Source of the DNA: an archaeon
Lineage (GTDB): Archaea; Micrarchaeota; Micrarchaeia; Norongarragalinales; UBA97
DNA length: 61,366 nucleotides
Assembly: GCA_020057405.1 (NCBI GenBank)
Contig: JAGVFW010000009.1
Coordinates: 1-61,366, forward strand
Reading direction: 5' to 3'
Part shown: positions 26,770 through 35,624 of the stretch, piece by piece
How positions within the stretch are numbered: the first letter of the stretch is position 1
Layout of the letters: each line of letters begins with the position of its first letter
Notes under the pieces: model-generated
What the model was told of the DNA's origin: nothing
Database searches by the model: none
What the model saw: only the letters and a program-made list of their open reading frames with translations
Translations under genes and position numbers: made by a program

Positions 26770-27620
26770 CCGTGCACCGGACAGCTCTCCCGCTTTGCAA
26801 TCTCAAAAACAGCGCTCTCGTTAGTCAGGCCATTGTAGAACCAGTACTTGCCAGCTAGGCCGGACTCCGGCAGGTCGAACTTGCGGGGCTTGTTTTCGCG
26901 CGCTACGCGCTTTTGCGTCAAGTGGTTGACCACGCCACCGACAGGCGGCTCCTCGCTTTTCGCGTGCGCCATTTTGACAAACTCGCTTGCCATCACGCCA
27001 GCGACTATGCTCGTCGTGGTCGGAAGCGCGGGCATTTTGGGGTCGACGAACTCAAGCATCTCGCCGGTGCAGCTGTACTTTCGCCACAAAAACGAATAGT
27101 CGCGGGGGCTAAGGCCGCACTCAAGGCAACTGCCGCCGTCGACAACCTGCACTTTGCCGTTAAAACCCGCCGTGCCGCCGTCGACGAGCGGAGTTTTTCC
27201 ATAGCAATGCGCATTCGCGTGCAGCCGCGCGCCAAGGTTGTCAAGGCAGCTAAAGGCGTAATCGAATTTTGAAAAGAAATCCTCGTCGAGAGTCTCGACG
27301 CGCTCGAGGACGGGTTCGATTTGCGCAGACGGGTTAAGCCGGCCGGCGGATGCTGCAAGAGCCTCGGCCTTCTTCGCGCCCTTTTGCGCGTCCTCGTGAG
27401 TGAAGAACACGCAGCGGTTGAGGTTTGCGGTGACGACCGTGTCAAAGTCGACTATCGAAATTTTTCGCACGCCAAGCTGCAGCAAGAGCTTCGCCGCCTC
27501 GTTGCCAAGGGCGCCCGCACCTATTAGCACGCAATGCGACTGCTCGACTGCAGTCTGCTGCCAGCCGCGGATGCGCCGCTGCCTGTCCCATTGGTCCGCG
27601 TCGATGAGGTCCATTGCCAT
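26766..27620 (-). CDS. ThiF/UBA-family ubiquitin-like activating enzyme (E1)
   Basis: WDRQ, IGAGALGNE, DFDTV..ANLNR, LDNLGAR, CLEC, candidate catalytic Cys in KYSCT, C-terminal CPVH. Confidence 0.9.
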   Translation of the reverse strand: MAMDLIDADQWDRQRRIRGWQQTAVEQSHCVLIGAGALGNEAAKLLLQLGVRKISIVDFDTVVTANLNRCVFFTHEDAQKGAKKAEALAASAGRLNPSAQIEPVLERVETLDEDFFSKFDYAFSCLDNLGARLHANAHCYGKTPLVDGGTAGFNGKVQVVDGGSCLECGLSPRDYSFLWRKYSCTGEMLEFVDPKMPALPTTTSIVAGVMASEFVKMAHAKSEEPPVGGVVNHLTQKRVARENKPRKFDLPESGLAGKYWFYNGLTNESAVFEIAKRESCPVHG

Positions 27621-27656
27621 CAAGAGTTTTAACCGCGGCCGTGCTTTAATGCATTT

Positions 27657-28484
27657 ATGCCAGGAGCAATAATCGCATACACCACCGAAGACCCTGCCGG
27701 AAGCAACGTCGCCAGGCGATTGCACGAGCTCTACGGCTTTAAGCCCTCGGAAATGATTCTCGAGGCGGGAACCGAATTGCGCGCTTGGGAGTACCATAGC
27801 GTCAAGCTTGTTGAATTGCACACTCGGCTGTCTAACGCAAGCGAGTACCTCTCGCAAGTCCCGTCATTTGCTGCTGGCCTGGTTATCTTCGCCTCAAGAC
27901 ACAAGGCCGAGAGCGGCAGGCCCTCGTTTACAGTCCACTCTACGGGCAATTGGGGTGACGACCCGCAATGGGGCGGCAACCCGCACGAGCTTGGCAAGAC
28001 AAGCGCCAAGGCGATTGCCTCTGCCTACCGCTGGTTCAAGGACAATCCTCACGATGGATTCGAACTCTCGCTTGAGGCGACCCACCACGGTCCCACGTCA
28101 CTGCATTCGCCAAGCGTGTTTGTAGAGCTTGGCAGTTCGGAAAAAGAATGGAAGAAGACCGACGCAGGCGGGCACCTGGCAAGCTGCGTGATGGCAGTTG
28201 CGCAGAATTGGTCGTCAGAACAAGGCCGGACCGCCCTCGGCATGGGCGGCACGCACTACGCAAGCAAGTTCAACCCGCTTGAGGGAAAAGAGTTCAACTT
28301 CTCATTCATTTGCCCCAAGCACGCCCTCGATAATTTCTCAACGCAGATGCTCAAGCAGGCGATTGCCAAAACTGCTGAGAAAGTCGAGTGCATAGTGCTT
28401 GACTGGAAGGGAACGACGCTGCCCCAAAGGGACGCCGTGCGCGCGGCTGCGCAAGAGTGCGGACTCGAAGTCGTGCGCGAGTAA
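27657..28484 (+). CDS. dtdA: D-aminoacyl-tRNA deacylase (archaeal Dtd2/GEK1 type)
   Basis: FASRH, TVHSTGNW, EATHHGP, FVELGS, GGTHY. Confidence 0.92.
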   Translation: MPGAIIAYTTEDPAGSNVARRLHELYGFKPSEMILEAGTELRAWEYHSVKLVELHTRLSNASEYLSQVPSFAAGLVIFASRHKAESGRPSFTVHSTGNWGDDPQWGGNPHELGKTSAKAIASAYRWFKDNPHDGFELSLEATHHGPTSLHSPSVFVELGSSEKEWKKTDAGGHLASCVMAVAQNWSSEQGRTALGMGGTHYASKFNPLEGKEFNFSFICPKHALDNFSTQMLKQAIAKTAEKVECIVLDWKGTTLPQRDAVRAAAQECGLEVVRE

Positions 28485-28529
28485 AACAAGTATGAGGCGT
28501 TAAAAGCTTCGCGGGTGCAACTAATTCCT

Positions 28530-29093
28530 ATGGCTTGGCTACAGATAATCGCGGCTTGCGTTGCAGTGTTTTTCCTCCAGATGGCGCTGCCTGGGCTCAC
28601 CAATTCCTTCGCGTTCGTTCCCGCAAACGCATTCTCGCACCCCTGGACTTTCGTCACCTCGCTCTTTTTGCACGGCGGCATCACGCACCTTTTCTTCAAC
28701 ATGTGGGCGCTCTTCATGTTCGGCCCCCTACTCGAACGGCGCATTGGCGAGAGGAAATTCTACGCGCTTTATTTCATTAGCGGCATCGTCGGCAACCTTG
28801 CATTCGTGTTCTTCTACCCTGCGCACGTGCTTGGTCTTGGGGCTTCGGGAGCGATTTTCGGAGTCATCGGCGCGCTTGCGGTCCTGATGCCCAGCCTGCC
28901 GCTCTTGTTCTTCTTCATACCGACGCAGCTGTGGGTTGCGGCGATATTTTGGGTAGCCATTGATTTGTTCTTGACCGGCTCTGCCGACGACGTGGCGCAC
29001 TACGTGCACCTAGCTGGAATCGCCGTCGGAGTGGGATGGGGAATGCTGCTTAAGAAGCAAGAGCCGCCCGAATACTATTTCGGGCAAGGGTAA
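28530..29093 (+). CDS. rhomboid intramembrane serine protease
   Basis: PWTFVTSLFLHG..HLFFNM, GASGA (Ser), AHYVHLAG (His). Confidence 0.93.
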   Translation: MAWLQIIAACVAVFFLQMALPGLTNSFAFVPANAFSHPWTFVTSLFLHGGITHLFFNMWALFMFGPLLERRIGERKFYALYFISGIVGNLAFVFFYPAHVLGLGASGAIFGVIGALAVLMPSLPLLFFFIPTQLWVAAIFWVAIDLFLTGSADDVAHYVHLAGIAVGVGWGMLLKKQEPPEYYFGQG

Positions 29094-29113
29094 GACTAAA
29101 CGGGAGTGGTAAA

Positions 29114-29368
29114 ATGATTTTGAAGAAAGTAAAGTGCATCGGCATCGGGCCGGCCATGACGCCAGAAGGAAAGCGAAAGACGCAAATCACTTTCGGCAGG
29201 GACCTCGACCCCATGAAGCACAGCACGCCCCAAGGCGTGCCAATCCACTACGACAACGAAATCATCGTATTTCTAGACGAGGACGCGTTTAAGACAGTCA
29301 AACGCAAGTTCATCGTTGGCGAGGAATTCAACTTCACCGTCAGCGACAAGGGAATTGAAATCAAGTAA
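29114..29368 (+). CDS. small OB-fold-like hypothetical protein, possibly arcadin-1-like
   Basis: PEG...IVFLDEDAF...IVGEEFNFTV..KGIEIK; resemblance recalled from memory only. Confidence 0.45.
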   Translation: MILKKVKCIGIGPAMTPEGKRKTQITFGRDLDPMKHSTPQGVPIHYDNEIIVFLDEDAFKTVKRKFIVGEEFNFTVSDKGIEIK

Positions 29369-30634
29369 CTAGAGCCACGCGCTCATGCGCTTCTGCGCAA
29401 GCACTTGGCTTCTCTTCACATACTCGCTTACAGGATGGCGCAGGCGGCTCGAGAGAATCTGCAGCGCCTCCTGAAGTGAGCCGCACTTGACAGGCGTTGA
29501 CCGCATTGCCTGACGCACATTCTCACGCACTTGCCACACGCCCATCGGCACTACGTAACCCTCGCTCACTTCTCGGAAAACGACCGCGCGCGCCTGCTTG
29601 CGCATTGAATGCAATCCTTCAATTACGCCAAGCCTTGACGCGTAGTAGCCGCCGCCCTCTAGTTCCGCATACCGCGTGCGCCCCTCGAAGGGTTCGTGCT
29701 CCTCGATGATGTCGGGCGCAGCTTCGGCCCACGGCGTCGACGGGGCCCAGCTCTCGAAGTTTTCAAACTCCCACTTGCCGGGCATCAGGAGGACTTCAAA
29801 GTGGTTGTGCAGAAAATCGCTCGAGTAAATTCGGTACTGGCCGAGCTCGTCAAAATTCCTTATCGACTCGAGCAAGTGCTTGCCGATGATGTCGTCGGCA
29901 CCCGTGATGCTCCACTTCGTCGGCACAAGGCGCCGCTCTTTTCCAAGCACGCCGGCACTCAAGAGTTTCTGGACGTAATAGTAGTCGAGGCCGTGCTGCA
30001 GCATTTCGGGAACAGCCTCACGCACGAGCAGCTTGTCCTCGATTAAGTCGTCCACAATTGACGGAATGCGAGGGTTGTCGGCTAAATCAAACTTGCGCAG
30101 CTGCCCGCTTGGGCCGCTTGGCTGCGATTGGGGCGAGAACATCATCGAGAACGCGGGCTTTGTCTCAAAACCGACTTCGACATCAACGGGCTTAAATGAA
30201 ATCACCGCGTCCTGCACATCAGAAAGATAACGCGAACTACCCTTTACCGAATGCGCGCGCCTCCCCGTGACGAGGGACGAGCGCATGCGAATTATTTCTC
30301 CGTAATCTAGGCTCGTCCATTTTGATGGCGAGTCGATGAAATCCGCATTCGCAGTCTCGTCAACGCTGATGAGCGGCCCGACTGAAACGTTTGGATAACC
30401 GTACTCGCCGACGAAAACACCAGGCGGCGACGGGCCGAACATCTCTTGGGAAAGCTTGGATTCAACAACAGGCGCGGCAAGCAATTTAGCAAGCACGGGC
30501 GAAGTCTGTTCGAGGTTAGAGAAAAGCTGATTCTTGTACTTGATTGCGGCACGGCCGTTGATGCGCACTATCTCCAGGTCCTTGAATACGGAACGCTTTG
30601 GAAGGGGAAAGCGGGCGATTGCGCGGCCAGCCAT
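29369..30634 (-). CDS. nreA: Nre-family DNA repair protein
   Basis: SPPGVFVGEYGYPNV, RRLVPTKWSIT, GGYYASRL, GVWQVRENVR, C-terminal PIP-like QKRMSAWL. Confidence 0.92.
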   Translation of the reverse strand: MAGRAIARFPLPKRSVFKDLEIVRINGRAAIKYKNQLFSNLEQTSPVLAKLLAAPVVESKLSQEMFGPSPPGVFVGEYGYPNVSVGPLISVDETANADFIDSPSKWTSLDYGEIIRMRSSLVTGRRAHSVKGSSRYLSDVQDAVISFKPVDVEVGFETKPAFSMMFSPQSQPSGPSGQLRKFDLADNPRIPSIVDDLIEDKLLVREAVPEMLQHGLDYYYVQKLLSAGVLGKERRLVPTKWSITGADDIIGKHLLESIRNFDELGQYRIYSSDFLHNHFEVLLMPGKWEFENFESWAPSTPWAEAAPDIIEEHEPFEGRTRYAELEGGGYYASRLGVIEGLHSMRKQARAVVFREVSEGYVVPMGVWQVRENVRQAMRSTPVKCGSLQEALQILSSRLRHPVSEYVKRSQVLAQKRMSAWL

Positions 30635-30641
30635 ATTTTCA

Positions 30642-31277
30642 CTAGTCTCTTGGAAAATCTTGCGGAAGTTTCAGCCCATGCAATTCGCTAAGCTCCCTTA
30701 CGCGATTTGCGGATTTCAAATACCCGTCTTGCAACGTCTCGACAAATCGATTGGCGGCCGACAAGCGAGACCTTTTTATAAATCGATTGGCGGCCGGCAA
30801 GCGGGACATCTTTATCAGAGACGCCCTACGCTCTGGGGACATGTCAGCGGCGTGTCCGACCTTTTGTCCAGGCTCGAAATGTCCCAGCAGGTGGCCGTAA
30901 GCCTTGAAATCAAATATTGCTCCGAAACCCTCGCCGCCCACGGGTAGCTTGTTTTCTCCGAAATAATTCGAACCACCCGATACCTCCACCTTCTCGCTAA
31001 TCGAGAGGTAAGGCTCATGGTTTTGGTGCTCAAGCACACTATTTTCAGTGTGGTAGTGAGAAAACATCTGGAACGGGAAACGCACGCGCTTACCATCGAC
31101 GATACGTTTGTAGGGCGTTTTGTGAGTACCGCTCCATTCCTTAATCGGCGCGTCCAAAAGCTCCTGAGCCGTGAAACTAGCCTTGGACATGAAGTAGAAA
31201 TGGTGCACAGGACGCGATTTCTCTTTGCCCAACTCTTCAGTATAATGGTAGACCAATAGTTTACCCACACCCAGCAT
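30642..31277 (-). CDS. hypothetical protein with an internal 12-aa duplication
   Basis: ATG at 31277; SRLPAANRFIKR/SRLSAANRFVET. Confidence 0.6.
   Translation of the reverse strand: MLGVGKLLVYHYTEELGKEKSRPVHHFYFMSKASFTAQELLDAPIKEWSGTHKTPYKRIVDGKRVRFPFQMFSHYHTENSVLEHQNHEPYLSISEKVEVSGGSNYFGENKLPVGGEGFGAIFDFKAYGHLLGHFEPGQKVGHAADMSPERRASLIKMSRLPAANRFIKRSRLSAANRFVETLQDGYLKSANRVRELSELHGLKLPQDFPRD
30744..30807. repeat. 36-bp-period imperfect tandem repeat
   Basis: aaatcgattggcggccgacaagcgagac at 30744 and aaatcgattggcggccggcaagcgggac at 30780. Confidence 0.85.
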
Positions 31278-31830
31278 AGGCCCGCGGGCGAATAAAAAAC
31301 ACACCCCGCCAATCTGCCGGGCTGGAGGCATTTAAAAAAATCCGTCTTTTTCGCAAAAACCTGCCTAATTGCAAAATTCGCGGCTGGAAAAACAGCCGGC
31401 AAGCAAGGCCGCAAAAAACTTGGCAAAAAAACCAGCCCACTTGCCCCGCCACGGCGTTATAAGGCGGGAAAACAAGCTTGCTTTTCGGGTCACTTCCGGC
31501 GTTTTTCAAAAAACCTGCCTAGTCGCCTACTTTTCGCTAGATTTTGAGCCTCAAATTGGAGGCGAAATAGTGGAAGAAAGGTAGTATATCCCACTTATAG
31601 TGAATCTCCACTATTTTTTACTCTTTTCCAAAAGCCTGCCTTTTACCGTAAAAGGCTGGCGCCCGCGTATGCCTCTTACTACTATCATACATACCTCTTA
31701 CGCTAGCCTCGCATGCCTTTTACTAGCCACTTACGGAAACCCGAATCTGGCAAGCGACCCCTTAGAAGGCTTGCAAAGGCATTAGGGGAAGCGTAACCCT
31801 TTTATATGACACTTGAGAGAATAATGCGCG

Positions 31831-33048
31831 ATGAACCAACCTTCTGAAAATGCAGATGTCTTTGGCGCTAAGGAAAAGCTCTTGGGCGACCTCGGCTGGC
31901 AGGAAAACCCGTTTGTCAAGGATTTGCGCATTTACGACCGCGAGAGCTTCCTAAGGTACTATTGCCCCCTTGACGGCGGCAAGGTGCTTGAGCGCCTGGC
32001 ATTTGACGCAAAAGCTTGCATGCTGGTCGGGCCCAAGGGCGTCGGCAAGACGAGCGCACTTTACTTTGCCTACTACAACCTGCCGGGGAGCGAGTTTGAC
32101 ACCATCATGCTCAAGCAACCGGCGGCAGACTTGACGGCTTTGGCAGAAGAATTGGGCCTCCGCAAAGGAGAATCGGCCTTGGACGGCCTCTTTTCGGCAA
32201 TCGGGGGCCTCTGGGGCGCCAAGAAGCCCAAGCGGACTGTCTCAAGGCAGGAGCTGGTCGAGTTCTTGCGAGGCCGGGGCAGGAAGCTGGCAGTGTTTGT
32301 CGATGAGGCTCACTTGGCGGCCGATCCCGGAATGTACATGGAATTCAAGTACTTGCTTGACGAGGTACCGAACCTGCGGATTGTCTTCTCCGCCCTTAGC
32401 CGGGAGGGCTTCCCCGACAGCCTCGTGCAGCTGGTCGGCGAGAACAACGTTTTTGCCCGAAAGGGCTTCTCTAGGGAGGAAATGCTCGAAATCATAGCGC
32501 ACCGCATTGCAAGCGTTGGGGGCAAGGAAACCCATCCCTTTTCGCGCGGTGCGCTTGACGAGATTCTGACCGAACAGAACCTCTTGACGCCCCGCTATGT
32601 CTTTGACGAGCTAAACGGCCGGCTTGCAGAAATGGCGCTGGGCAAGCGCAAGCTAGCCCACGAGTCGGTGCGCCTGGGCCACGACGACGAGCTTGTAAAG
32701 GCGGCAGTGGCGTCCAGCCGCGAGGCGTCGGGAGCGGCCGGAAAGCTTACCAAGATCCACGCCGACTGGTGGGTGGCGCTCTCGCCAAGCCAGCAGTCAA
32801 TCATGCAGCTGCTCCTTGAGGGCGGCGACGGGCTGACTTTGGCTGAAGTGTGCAAGTCGGTTTCGTTAGCCGAGAACACGGCGTTCAACGCCCTCTACCA
32901 GCTGCGGGGAGATGACAAGCGCGAGCTTGAGCGCAAGAAGGACGTGCCTTTCCCGCTTGTCGAAGTCAAGGCCAGGATGGTAGGCGGCCGCAAGAAAAAT
33001 ATGTACTATGTCGCCGAGAAAGTCAGGAACTTGTTTACAGTCAACTGA
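31831..33048 (+). CDS. AAA+ ATPase with C-terminal winged helix
   Basis: WQENPF, Walker A GPKGVGKT, Walker B VFVDEAH, TPR, then LSPSQQSIMQLL...LTLAEV...TAFNALYQL. Confidence 0.8.
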   Translation: MNQPSENADVFGAKEKLLGDLGWQENPFVKDLRIYDRESFLRYYCPLDGGKVLERLAFDAKACMLVGPKGVGKTSALYFAYYNLPGSEFDTIMLKQPAADLTALAEELGLRKGESALDGLFSAIGGLWGAKKPKRTVSRQELVEFLRGRGRKLAVFVDEAHLAADPGMYMEFKYLLDEVPNLRIVFSALSREGFPDSLVQLVGENNVFARKGFSREEMLEIIAHRIASVGGKETHPFSRGALDEILTEQNLLTPRYVFDELNGRLAEMALGKRKLAHESVRLGHDDELVKAAVASSREASGAAGKLTKIHADWWVALSPSQQSIMQLLLEGGDGLTLAEVCKSVSLAENTAFNALYQLRGDDKRELERKKDVPFPLVEVKARMVGGRKKNMYYVAEKVRNLFTVN

Positions 33049-33055
33049 GAGGGGG

Positions 33056-33226
33056 ATGGGGAAAATGGACGTTGGAAGCATGAGTTATTCGCAAGTTGTC
33101 GCTGCCCTTGGCGGGGCAAGCACGGGCTACAAGCTCGAGGCGCGCGGTGGCAAAGTTACCCTCGCAGTTGACGGCATTTACGGCTCAATCAGGCGCAACA
33201 GCCGTCGCAAGGCATTTATTCGTTAA
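33056..33226 (+). CDS. 56-aa hypothetical protein
   Basis: ATG 7 nt after the ATPase stop, preceded by gagggg. Confidence 0.4.
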   Translation: MGKMDVGSMSYSQVVAALGGASTGYKLEARGGKVTLAVDGIYGSIRRNSRRKAFIR

Positions 33227-33297
33227 GCAACAGGAAAGTAACTCCGGCCAGCAGTACCAGGGTGGGGACTTGGGCTGCTGGAAGGCACATGGGTGGG

Positions 33298-33528
33298 GTG
33301 AAAAGAGTGGGTAAGAGAGTATTCTCGATGTTCGACATGGACGACTTCTTACGAGACGCAGGCGCTGAGCGCGTCGACGAGTCGGCCTGCGCCAAGCTAG
33401 GTGAGCTTTTGGAAGACAACGGTTCTGCAGTGCTCTTCCGCGCCGCCCAATTGGCAAGGTATGCCGGCCGCCGGCGCGTGCTGCGCAAGGATGTTATGCT
33501 GGCTGCAAGGCTCCTCAAAGTGGCTTAG
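33298..33528 (+). CDS. archaeal histone-fold protein
   Basis: RDAGAERVDESA...A.QLARYAGRRRVLRKDVMLAA matches HMf-type L1/L2 motifs. Confidence 0.85.
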   Translation: MKRVGKRVFSMFDMDDFLRDAGAERVDESACAKLGELLEDNGSAVLFRAAQLARYAGRRRVLRKDVMLAARLLKVA

Positions 33529-33749
33529 AAGCCCAGTACAAGCAAACAGCGTTTAACCGCCAAAAATAAGCGAGAAATGGGCGGCTTTCGATTGGCAAAC
33601 TAAGGCTCTAGCGGACGCAAGGTGCGCTTTCAAGCCGTAAAAAAGCTCAAAATCGTCTTAGAAGGGAGGAAACCCGTTTTGGGCATCCGAAGCGGCTTAA
33701 GATTAAAATAGGCCCTGGGGCTTGGAACTACTCAAAGGAATCAAAGAGC

Positions 33750-34502
33750 ATGGCCAGGCTAAGAAGTAGACGCAGTCAGCCAGTGGAGCCCGAAAGGCTC
33801 TACGATGAGATTGCCCCGGATTACGCGGAACACGTCGAAAGGCACGCCAAGTTCAATAGTGCTATAGACGAGCTGATTGCCAAGGATGTTGCCGATGGCT
33901 CTAGCGTGGCCGACATAGGGACCGGCACCGGCTTGAGGGCAGCGCAACTAAAGCGGCGCAGGCCGGGGGTGCGCGTGACTGGTTTTGACATTTCGAACGA
34001 GATGCTTCGCCGGGCCATGCCGAGCCTAGACGGGGGAATTCGGGCGAGCCTCCCCAACTTGCCGGTAAGGGACAACTCTTTTGACCACGCCCTATGCCTG
34101 TACAACACGTTCGGCTACCTTCGAACTTACGACGCCAGGGTTAAGGCACTCAAGGACATGGCCCGGATACTCAAGCCCGGCGGGAGGCTGTACATTGACG
34201 TGGTGAACCGCACGAACATGGGCGAGCAGGGGGAATACAAGCGAGGCGCGCTAACCCGCCGATTGCTCTCGGCAATACCCGCCTACGGGTTTTCAAAGCC
34301 AGGCGACTTGAAATTCACCATGAACGTGAAAGGCAAACAATTTACGGGAGACACTCACGCCTTCACCCTCAAGGAACTAAACCACTTGTTCAAAAAAAGC
34401 GGGCTTACGGTCGTGCATAAACAAGTCATTGGCTACACGAGCGGCAAACCGCAAACTGACCCCAATCGGGGACAATTCTTTTTCGTGCTGGAAAAAGCTT
34501 AG
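33750..34502 (+). CDS. class I SAM-dependent methyltransferase
   Basis: ADIGTGTG, GFDISNEML, NSFD, RILKPGGRL. Confidence 0.92.
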   Translation: MARLRSRRSQPVEPERLYDEIAPDYAEHVERHAKFNSAIDELIAKDVADGSSVADIGTGTGLRAAQLKRRRPGVRVTGFDISNEMLRRAMPSLDGGIRASLPNLPVRDNSFDHALCLYNTFGYLRTYDARVKALKDMARILKPGGRLYIDVVNRTNMGEQGEYKRGALTRRLLSAIPAYGFSKPGDLKFTMNVKGKQFTGDTHAFTLKELNHLFKKSGLTVVHKQVIGYTSGKPQTDPNRGQFFFVLEKA

Positions 34503-34609
34503 GGCAAGCAACACCTCCCCCGCAAGTTACCCAAGTTAGTGGAACTGTCGCACACACACTCCGCTGATGAGCACTTAGGTATTTATGCAAAACCAGCTTA
34601 CCTAAAGCA

Positions 34610-35506
34610 ATGAAGACTTTCCTGTTAGGTTTGTTACTAGTTTCTGTCCTGGCGGTAGGGTGCATTGAAGGCCCTGACGAAAGTCGAGAAGCTGCCCCAT
34701 CGCCTACAGGCGCTGAGGTTCAGGCAACGCCTGAAACGATTCCGACTCCTGAAGCCTCACCGCTGCCCACGCTTGAAGTTAAGGCAACACCCATCGCCAC
34801 TGCAAGCCCGTCACCACAGCCCACAATTGTGCCTGACTCCAAGCCCATAGTCTGGGATTACCTTGACGGCAAGTGGGTTTCGTCAGGAACGCCGCCCGAA
34901 TGCCCGGCCTTGGTTTTTTCCAGCCCAGTTGACATTGGCAAGGCGACTTCAATCCTCTACCCGGGCCAGCGTCGTGGCGAATACAAGCCCCACGGCGGCT
35001 TCCGCTTTGACAACCAAAACACTAACGCAATCGATGTTAGGGCTCCTTTTGACGGGTACGTTTGGCGGGGAGCCCGCTACCTTGAAGGAGGGCAAGTGCA
35101 ATACTCGATTGACATCGTAAACGGATGCGGGATTATGCACCGGTTTGACCACCTGCTGGAACTGTCTCCCGAATTTAAGAAACTGGCCGAAAAGCTTCCC
35201 GAACCCAAGGAGGCGGACTCCCGCACCACCGTGCTTGAGCCTTTCTTGTACGTGAAGAAGGGCGACTTGATTGCAACTAAAGTTGGAAAGGGCGGGAATG
35301 TTGGCATGGACTGGGGCGTCTATGACTTGAGGAAGGAAAACGCTGCTTCCAAGGCCGCTTCCTACAGGCAAGAATTCCAGACCCTCGGCTGGTCTGCCTT
35401 CCACGCGCTTTGCTGGCTCAACTACCTTCCCGAGCAGGAAAAATCAGTTGCAACAAGCCTGCCCGGCGGGGACGGAGTTTCCGGCAAGAAAAGCGACTAC
35501 TGCTAA
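34610..35506 (+). CDS. lipoprotein with M23-peptidase-like (duplicated hybrid) domain
   Basis: LAVGC lipobox, Pro/Thr linker, PHGGFRFD, VRAPFDG, FDHL, VKKGD.IA. Confidence 0.65.
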   Translation: MKTFLLGLLLVSVLAVGCIEGPDESREAAPSPTGAEVQATPETIPTPEASPLPTLEVKATPIATASPSPQPTIVPDSKPIVWDYLDGKWVSSGTPPECPALVFSSPVDIGKATSILYPGQRRGEYKPHGGFRFDNQNTNAIDVRAPFDGYVWRGARYLEGGQVQYSIDIVNGCGIMHRFDHLLELSPEFKKLAEKLPEPKEADSRTTVLEPFLYVKKGDLIATKVGKGGNVGMDWGVYDLRKENAASKAASYRQEFQTLGWSAFHALCWLNYLPEQEKSVATSLPGGDGVSGKKSDYC

Positions 35507-35624
35507 ACAATACCCGCATGCAAGCTAAGTGCAAGTGAAGTGAACACGGGCTAAAGCTAGACGTGGACTTTGGAACCGGATTCCAAACACCCCGTTTTTT
35601 AAGCGATTTCGCCTTGTTTTTGTC

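Noticed and set aside
23803-27620. Interpretation as an ordinary SAMP/MoaD-MoeB sulfur-relay locus
   Set aside because: A UBC E2 and a RING-like protein are present, the Ubl is ubiquitin-like in sequence, and no Moco, thiamine or tRNA-thiolation genes are adjacent.
27621-27857. N-terminal extension of the E1 ORF
   Set aside because: It lies antisense within dtdA; ThiF similarity starts at MAMDLI/WDRQ.
31831-33048. Calling the ATPase orc1/cdc6 and the upstream region oriC
   Set aside because: Cdc6-specific motifs and ORB boxes were not recognised; kept only as a hypothesis.
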